From Vicinamibacterales bacterium (lineage in GTDB: Bacteria > Acidobacteriota > Vicinamibacteria > Vicinamibacterales > UBA2999): 64,000 nt of DNA. Every line of letters starts with the position of its first letter. Within the stretch, counting starts at the first letter, position 1. Below are positions 59,007-64,000 of this stretch, piece by piece. A model generated the notes under the pieces. The model ran no database searches and was not told the DNA's origin. It saw only the letters and a program-made list of their open reading frames with translations. Position numbers and translations under genes: made by a program. Where the stretch lies: contig DASTBV010000100.1 of assembly GCA_035711805.1 (NCBI GenBank), forward strand, positions 1,552-65,551, read 5' to 3'.

Positions 59007-59935
59007 GTCGTGACCCGGCGAAATGCCGAGGTGCGCGGTATCCAGCATCGCACGTGCTGCGAGTATGTCTCGAACTCATCGCCAAAGGCGTCACGAAGAT
59101 CGCGTTCCTCGGCCGGGCGGACCAGGTACTCCCAAATAAGTCCGCCCACGATCACATACGCCAGGACCGCCCACGAGCCGAGCCACAGCGCAACCGCGAG
59201 CCCCTGGCCCAGCCCGGCAACGACCATTGGATTCCGCAGATAGCTGTACGGTCCGGTCGTCACCAGGCGGTTGGTGGCGATAAACGGCAACGGCGTGCCG
59301 GCGCCCCGGCCGGCCATCGTCACGCCGCTGGCGAGACCGAGGCTGCTGAATACCACAAACAGGACAGCGGCGAGCAGACGCTGCGAGGTGAACGCGAAGG
59401 ACGGCCACCGCAGCTGCCGCTCGACGAACACGATCGCCGACGGCACGACGAACAGGAAGAACGACCAGAACACGACGATCTGAGCGAGAGTGGCGGCAAC
59501 GTGGCGCACCGCGTGTCCAGGTGCGGCCCGGCGGAAGATCGGGATGCTGCCCGCACTGACGTCGAGTGCACCGATCGTCGAGAACAGGGCTGCCGGCGCC
59601 ATCAGCGCGACGTTGAGCCACCCGCCGCCGCGCCACATCGACCACCCGACACAGTAGATGAAGGCGTAGACCATCGCGCCGGCTGCGAACCACGCCAACG
59701 GCATCGCCCAGCGCAGCGACAGGAGTATCGACACGGCGGCTGCCAGAGACACCGGTACGGCTACGAGGAGGTCTGGCATCTGAAACGCGCGGAGGTCGGC
59801 TTCGGCCGCACCGCGAGGCAGAAACAGCGGCACGGCGGACGGCTCGGCGGACAGGTATACCCACCAGCCCGCAATTCCCAGCGCCTGCACGAGAAAATAC
59901 CAGCCGCCGAAGCGACTGCCCGAAAAAGAATTCAT
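59003..59935 (-). CDS. membrane methyltransferase, ICMT/PEMT family, with extra N-terminal TM domain
   Basis: ATG at 59935 overlaps the upstream stop (ATGA). The C-terminal block LVTTGPYSYLRNPMVVAG...EERDLRDAFGDEFETY is typical of isoprenylcysteine carboxyl methyltransferase-like proteins. Confidence 0.8.
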   Translation of the reverse strand: MNSFSGSRFGGWYFLVQALGIAGWWVYLSAEPSAVPLFLPRGAAEADLRAFQMPDLLVAVPVSLAAAVSILLSLRWAMPLAWFAAGAMVYAFIYCVGWSMWRGGGWLNVALMAPAALFSTIGALDVSAGSIPIFRRAAPGHAVRHVAATLAQIVVFWSFFLFVVPSAIVFVERQLRWPSFAFTSQRLLAAVLFVVFSSLGLASGVTMAGRGAGTPLPFIATNRLVTTGPYSYLRNPMVVAGLGQGLAVALWLGSWAVLAYVIVGGLIWEYLVRPAEERDLRDAFGDEFETYSQHVRCWIPRTSAFRRVTT

Positions 59936-60855
59936 CGGCCGGAGAGGCGATCCGCGGATGGCGAGGGAGACGTCAGGTTCGCCGGCGACGCGAGGTTTCT
60001 CGCGAAGAACGGCAGCACGCTCCATTCGATCCGCTCGCGGATCCGATTTGAACGGTCGCCGTCGTACTCCTCGTAGGCGTGGGGAATGCGGAGCTTGGTC
60101 ATCGCGGCGTGCAGTTGCCGGGTCGTCTGCAATGACGGATCGCCGGTGCCAACGTCAATCGAGATCGCGTAGTACACATCGAGATTGGATGCGTACTTTG
60201 CGAGCTCCGTCGTGACGGCATCCACAGCGGACGGACTCATCGCATACAGATTCGCGAACACTTCCGGCCGCTTCATGCCGATCCGCAGCGCGGCCTCGGC
60301 ACCCGCGTCGTGGCCGGCGATGCCACGGCTCATTCGATGCGTCAGCGTCCGGAAACGAGCATCGATAGACGAGACCAGATCATCGGCAATGAACCGTTCC
60401 CAGTCGCCGGTCGCCGCCGAGCTGACGTACGTGTTCCCCTTCTTGAGCATCGCGGCGTTCGGCGTGACGACGATGAACTCGCTGAAGCCCTGGGCGGCGG
60501 CGAGACGATCGGCGCTCTGCTGGAGCGCGAATGTCTGATCGACGAATGTGTTCTCGCTTCCGCCGTCGCCGTGAAGCAGGTAGACCGTCGGAAAGCGTCT
60601 CTTCTCGTCGCCGGCGTAGCCGGGCGGGAGGTACACCGTGACTGCGCGCTCAGGCGATTCGCCCTCCCGATTTCCTTCGAGCGCCTTGCCACGTACCGTG
60701 ATTCGTTCAACCGTGCCCGTCGTCGCGCGCGCGCCGCGCCCGGGGCCCGCAGGGCCGCCTGGCGCACCACCCCGCCGCTGGGCCTCGGGTATGGCGCCCG
60801 CGGCGATCACGAGCGCGATCGACACGGCGAGCGAAAACGTGCGCCCTGGCTTCAT
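59932..60855 (-). CDS. secreted esterase-family (esterase D / PF00756-like) alpha/beta-fold protein with Asp in the nucleophile position
   Basis: Signal peptide. Motifs YLPPGY...FPTVYLLHG. The nucleophile elbow reads IAGHDAGA where GHSMGG is expected. Confidence 0.8.
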   Translation of the reverse strand: MKPGRTFSLAVSIALVIAAGAIPEAQRRGGAPGGPAGPGRGARATTGTVERITVRGKALEGNREGESPERAVTVYLPPGYAGDEKRRFPTVYLLHGDGGSENTFVDQTFALQQSADRLAAAQGFSEFIVVTPNAAMLKKGNTYVSSAATGDWERFIADDLVSSIDARFRTLTHRMSRGIAGHDAGAEAALRIGMKRPEVFANLYAMSPSAVDAVTTELAKYASNLDVYYAISIDVGTGDPSLQTTRQLHAAMTKLRIPHAYEEYDGDRSNRIRERIEWSVLPFFARNLASPANLTSPSPSADRLSGR

Positions 60856-60890
60856 GGCGTCTTCACGCGCCTAGTGTAGCCGGGAATCTG

Positions 60891-61898
60891 TCAACGGTAG
60901 CCCAACTGAATCACCTCGAAGTCGTCGCCTGTCAGGTTTCGGAATGCCGGGTTCAGCTCGCTGTTGTTCCAGCGCGAATCCATCGCGCCGGTCACGTAGA
61001 GGTCGCTCCCGTTGTCGGCCACGATGAGGCCGTGCGTCTGCATGCCGCGGAAGATGTTGCGGATATAGGCAGGATAGGTCGCCAGGTCCTTCGACGCTTT
61101 CAGCCGCAGTCTGGCTCCCATCGGCAGCGCGCCCGGCGACGATCCGGCACGGTGCGACGCGGGCCAGACGTAGCCATTGGTGGCGCGGACGGTGACACGA
61201 AGGGCGTGGCGGATCGGTCCGCGCACGGCTTCGTCGTAGCGAACGAGGCCCGGAAGGATCGCCAGCCCCGCGGCATCGGCGGACGTCCAGCCCTCGGGGC
61301 GGCGCGCATTCGATGCGAGGTTGAACACCGCGCCCGAGCCGGCTTCCCACCGCTGGGCGCCGGCGTTCCACCGCGTGGCAAACAGTTCGAACAGCAACCA
61401 TCGATCCCGATCGACGACGATCAGGTGACGATCGCCGCTCGAGCCGCCGCCTGGCACTCCACCTTCGATGTAGTTCGGCTGCGTCGCCGCCTCGGGCGGA
61501 ATGGGATATCCGGCTTCGCCACCAAACCCGGTGTCACTTTCGCTGCCGTAGGCAGTGAAGGTGATCGGTACGCGCGGCTGACCGCTGCCGACGCCAACGT
61601 ACGGGATGCCGTACGGCGGCGGCCCGAAGTCGGGGTGGGACGAGCGCGTCCGGCCGATGAAGTCGATGTACGCGCTCGACTGCGGATCGACCGGAGCGTT
61701 CGAGATATCGAGATTCCACCAGTTGTCGTCGGGGAACAGCCGCCGGCCGCCAAAGTCGTCCGACAACTGGACGCCGGTCGAAGAACCGCCCGGACCGGGA
61801 CCGGGCGACTCGGACGGGCTCGTGGGCGCGCCGCCGCAGGCCATGGACACGAGCGCGATCACGATTCCCGCGCGTGAATTACGGATTCGCTTCGTCAT
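60891..61898 (-). CDS. hypothetical lipoprotein
   Basis: ATG at 61898 (MTKRIRNSRAGIVIALVSMACGG, lipobox). Conserved-looking globular body. No family name recalled. It overlaps the upstream gene by 20 nt. Confidence 0.7.
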   Translation of the reverse strand: MTKRIRNSRAGIVIALVSMACGGAPTSPSESPGPGPGGSSTGVQLSDDFGGRRLFPDDNWWNLDISNAPVDPQSSAYIDFIGRTRSSHPDFGPPPYGIPYVGVGSGQPRVPITFTAYGSESDTGFGGEAGYPIPPEAATQPNYIEGGVPGGGSSGDRHLIVVDRDRWLLFELFATRWNAGAQRWEAGSGAVFNLASNARRPEGWTSADAAGLAILPGLVRYDEAVRGPIRHALRVTVRATNGYVWPASHRAGSSPGALPMGARLRLKASKDLATYPAYIRNIFRGMQTHGLIVADNGSDLYVTGAMDSRWNNSELNPAFRNLTGDDFEVIQLGYR

Positions 61899-62559
61899 CC
61901 TGTGCTGCCGCGCGATCGGCCGCCGCGGCAGCACGGACGGAATCAAGAGTCATTCCTCTGCCCGTCAGGTATGACGCCGCGACACCGCCATCGCGCAGCA
62001 GCGCGAGCACGACGTGTACGGTCGCAATCTTCTCGTGGCCAAGTCGATCCGCCTCTTCAGCGGCGAGCAGGAACAGCGTTTTTGTCGACTGTTGAAACGG
62101 CACCTGCACCGGCTCGATCACCTCCTGGCGAGGCGCGTTCGCCGACGCAATCACCGCATGCGCGTCGTCGTGGTCGATTCCCGCGGTCTGAAACATCGCG
62201 CGCGCAGCATCACCGGCGCCGCGAATCACGCCAAGCAGCACGTGCTCCGGTGCAATCTCGAGACGCCCGAGCGAGGCCGCCTCGTACCGCGAAAAGAACA
62301 GCGTCCTCTTGGCGGCTTCGGTAAATCGCGGGAACAATGGCGCCGGCGACGACGACGATGCAGCCGGCGGCGGCGATGGCGCCGCCTCGACGTGCGCTTT
62401 CAGCTTCGGCCAGCTGGCGAAGCCGTAGTCGCGCGCGAGCGCGTGCAGGGCGTCGGCGAGCGTGGCGTGGGCATCGCGCTCACGCATCGAGCGCAGCAGC
62501 GCCTTCGCTTGCTTCTTCAGGTGTTCGAGATCGGGGCGACGCGGAAGATCGCGAGACAT
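61879..62559 (-). CDS. Clp N-terminal (Clp_N / Clp R) repeat-domain protein
   Basis: AAGGAGGAG SD. A helical N-terminal module, then a Pro/Ser linker, then two Clp_N repeats (FTEAAKRTLFFSRYEAASLG...PEHVLLGVIR and TKTLFLLAAEEADRLGHEKIATVHVVLALLRD). Confidence 0.8.
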   Translation of the reverse strand: MSRDLPRRPDLEHLKKQAKALLRSMRERDAHATLADALHALARDYGFASWPKLKAHVEAAPSPPPAASSSSPAPLFPRFTEAAKRTLFFSRYEAASLGRLEIAPEHVLLGVIRGAGDAARAMFQTAGIDHDDAHAVIASANAPRQEVIEPVQVPFQQSTKTLFLLAAEEADRLGHEKIATVHVVLALLRDGGVAASYLTGRGMTLDSVRAAAAADRAAAQDDEANP

Positions 62560-62690
62560 GACTCCTCCTTGATGCCCGGTGTCCGCCGGTGGGGCAAGGG
62601 GGTCAGACTCGGATCACGGATGCAGCAGGTGGGATGATCCCTCTCCGCGGACGGGGTGCAACCTGGATTGCAGGAGGGATCTTAACGCGG

Positions 62691-63080
62691 CTACCGCGAG
62701 TAGTTCAAATAGAGCTCCGCGCCGTCGGGATCGGTGATCGTCAGCGTGCGCGACGGGTACTGCGCATCCCGGAGAAGCCGGAGGACATCAGGCAGGCCGG
62801 CCGATCGCCGTCCGACGATCATTGCCGCGCCGCGTCGACCACGGATCAGCCCGGCGGCGGCCAGCTCGTCGTACGCGGTCAGCACGGTGTTGCGCGACAC
62901 ACCGAGCAGCTTCGCCAGCATGCGGCTCGACGGCAGCCGGGCCCCTTCGTCTGCACCACCGCGAAAAGCCCGCGCGATCTGCGTGCTGATCTGGCGATGC
63001 AGCGGAATCGACGCTTCGCGATCGAGCTCGATCGGCGGCAGGAAGAACTGACGTGTACGGCGCACAACTGGCCCCTCCAA
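62691..63080 (-). CDS. short GntR/MocR-type winged-helix transcription regulator (no effector domain)
   Basis: The sequence IPLHRQISTQIARAF....GARLPSSRMLAKLLGVSRNTVLTAYDELAAAGLI is the MocR/GntR HTH. Only about 45 aa follow it. The start is TTG at 63080, with GTG at 63065 as an alternative. Confidence 0.7.
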   Translation of the reverse strand: MEGPVVRRTRQFFLPPIELDREASIPLHRQISTQIARAFRGGADEGARLPSSRMLAKLLGVSRNTVLTAYDELAAAGLIRGRRGAAMIVGRRSAGLPDVLRLLRDAQYPSRTLTITDPDGAELYLNYSR

Positions 63081-63095
63081 GTGGATCTTTTCCAG

Positions 63096-63121
63096 GTCCG
63101 CCTAAAGGCGGACACTACGAC
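63096..63121 (+). repeat. REP-like hairpin element, canonical copy
   Basis: GTCCGCC-TAAA-GGCGGAC-ACTACGAC. It is the first member of an inverted pair in the GntR/VOC divergent region. Confidence 0.9.
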
Positions 63122-63139
63122 AGTCCGACGTCACCCGTA

Positions 63140-63162
63140 CGTAGTGTCCGCCTTCAGGGGAC
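63140..63162 (-). repeat. REP-like element, degenerate copy (one-base deletion in stem)
   Basis: The + strand reads CGTAGT-GTCCGCC-TTCA-GGGGAC. It is inverted relative to the 63096 copy. Confidence 0.7.
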
Positions 63163-63199
63163 CAAAAAAAGAATACTCTGCCAAGGAGGCCTGTCAGCG

Positions 63200-64000
63200 A
63201 TGATTTCCAGCGGCAACGCGACCGTCTACGTCTCCAACCTCGACGAAGCGATCCAGTTCTACACGCGGCAGCTGGGGCTGAAGCTCACGAATCGCATCGG
63301 CGATCGCTGGGCGACCGTCGACGCGGGATCCAGCTATTGGACGAGTAAAGGAACCGCTGCCGGCCTGACTCTCGGATTGCGACCTGCGTCTCCGCGCTAC
63401 CCGTCGCCGGGTACAACCGGCGGGGTCGGATTCGGGTTTGAAACCTACAGGCGGATCGAGGATGTCGCCGCAGAGCTGAAAGGACGCGGCGTGCGCGTCA
63501 CCGGCGACGTCATCACCTTTGAGGCTGGCAAGGTCGTGCCCTTCACCGACCTCGATGGCGTTCCGACCTACGCCTGGGAATTCTCCGACGAGATGCTGGC
63601 CGAGGTGGACCGGGCGTCGGTACCTGACGCGCTTCTTTCAGGCGGCCTCGCCATCGTCTACGTGTCGGACATGGACGCCGCAATCCGTTTCTATGCCGAC
63701 ACGCTGGGGCTGAAGTTGACGTACCGTTTCGAAGACAAGTTCGCCACGATCGAGGCTGGACGAAATCTGCTGCTCGCGCTGCACCCGAAAACGCCGAACA
63801 CGCCCGACCCTGGCACGAAGGGTTCAGTGACGCTCGGCCTGGTTGTCGACGAGCCGATCGATACAGTCGTCGCGCGGCTGGCGCGGCGTGGCGTGCGGGT
63901 TACGGGGCGTTCGGAACCGGACCGCTCCGTGGACATCGAGGATCTGGACGGCAACGTCATCACGTTGTGGGACGCGCACACACTCAGTGCTGAATTCTGG
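63200..64000 (+). CDS. VOC (glyoxalase-like) family protein, two domains; runs off the window end
   Basis: Not in the ORF track because there is no stop before the window end. ATG at 63200 with AAGGAGG 10 nt upstream. Hand translation of 267 codons shows no stop. Two repeats of V.......A..FY...LGLKLT. Confidence 0.8.
   Translation, partial: MISSGNATVYVSNLDEAIQFYTRQLGLKLTNRIGDRWATVDAGSSYWTSKGTAAGLTLGLRPASPRYPSPGTTGGVGFGFETYRRIEDVAAELKGRGVRVTGDVITFEAGKVVPFTDLDGVPTYAWEFSDEMLAEVDRASVPDALLSGGLAIVYVSDMDAAIRFYADTLGLKLTYRFEDKFATIEAGRNLLLALHPKTPNTPDPGTKGSVTLGLVVDEPIDTVVARLARRGVRVTGRSEPDRSVDIEDLDGNVITLWDAHTLSAEFW

Noticed and set aside
1-64000. Search for mobile genetic elements, prophage, integrons or defence islands
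   Set aside because: I recognised no transposase, integrase, recombinase, phage structural gene, restriction-modification gene, helicase/nuclease defence gene or cas gene in any frame. The only addiction-type module is the VapC/Phd pair.

Overview
This is a visibly GC-rich chromosomal segment; I did not compute the GC content. It is densely packed with about 56 protein-coding genes. I found no rRNA, tRNA, CRISPR array, transposase or integrase. The gene content points to Acidobacteriota: two TIGR03435-type proteins, a TIGR03436-like VWA protein, a DUF1800/DUF1501 pair and a PSCyt(DUF1592)/DUF1552 pair. That taxonomic call is inference from family content only, since no database search was possible. 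Most genes encode secreted or membrane hydrolases, oxidoreductases and transporters. Examples are an RND efflux pair, PQQ dehydrogenases, an amidase, cyclase-family proteins and esterases. There is also one two-component system and one VapC/Phd toxin-antitoxin pair. The non-coding DNA is the most unusual part of the window. (1) A DUF1801 gene is bracketed by two ~95-bp inverted arrays of a 9-nt tandem repeat. (2) A REP-like hairpin family has 10 copies. (3) TGCAAAA heptamer arrays flank a two-gene block, and one of them contains a start codon. (4) A GGGATCA-type heptamer array has nine G-tracts and could form a G-quadruplex. (5) Nested CACGGAG-type hairpins occur in two places. (6) A 27-nt identical motif (core GGTTTCTTGACRAAAC) lies upstream of three operons: the two-component operon, the DUF1800/DUF1501 operon, and an operon of four uncharacterised genes (RTX-repeat protein, UPF0182, polytopic membrane protein, UPF0182). 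That motif-linked ~19-kb module is my best candidate for an undescribed envelope-associated system. The repeat-bracketed DUF1801 cassette is the other main candidate. All family names come from recognising motifs in the translations. Many start codons are provisional.
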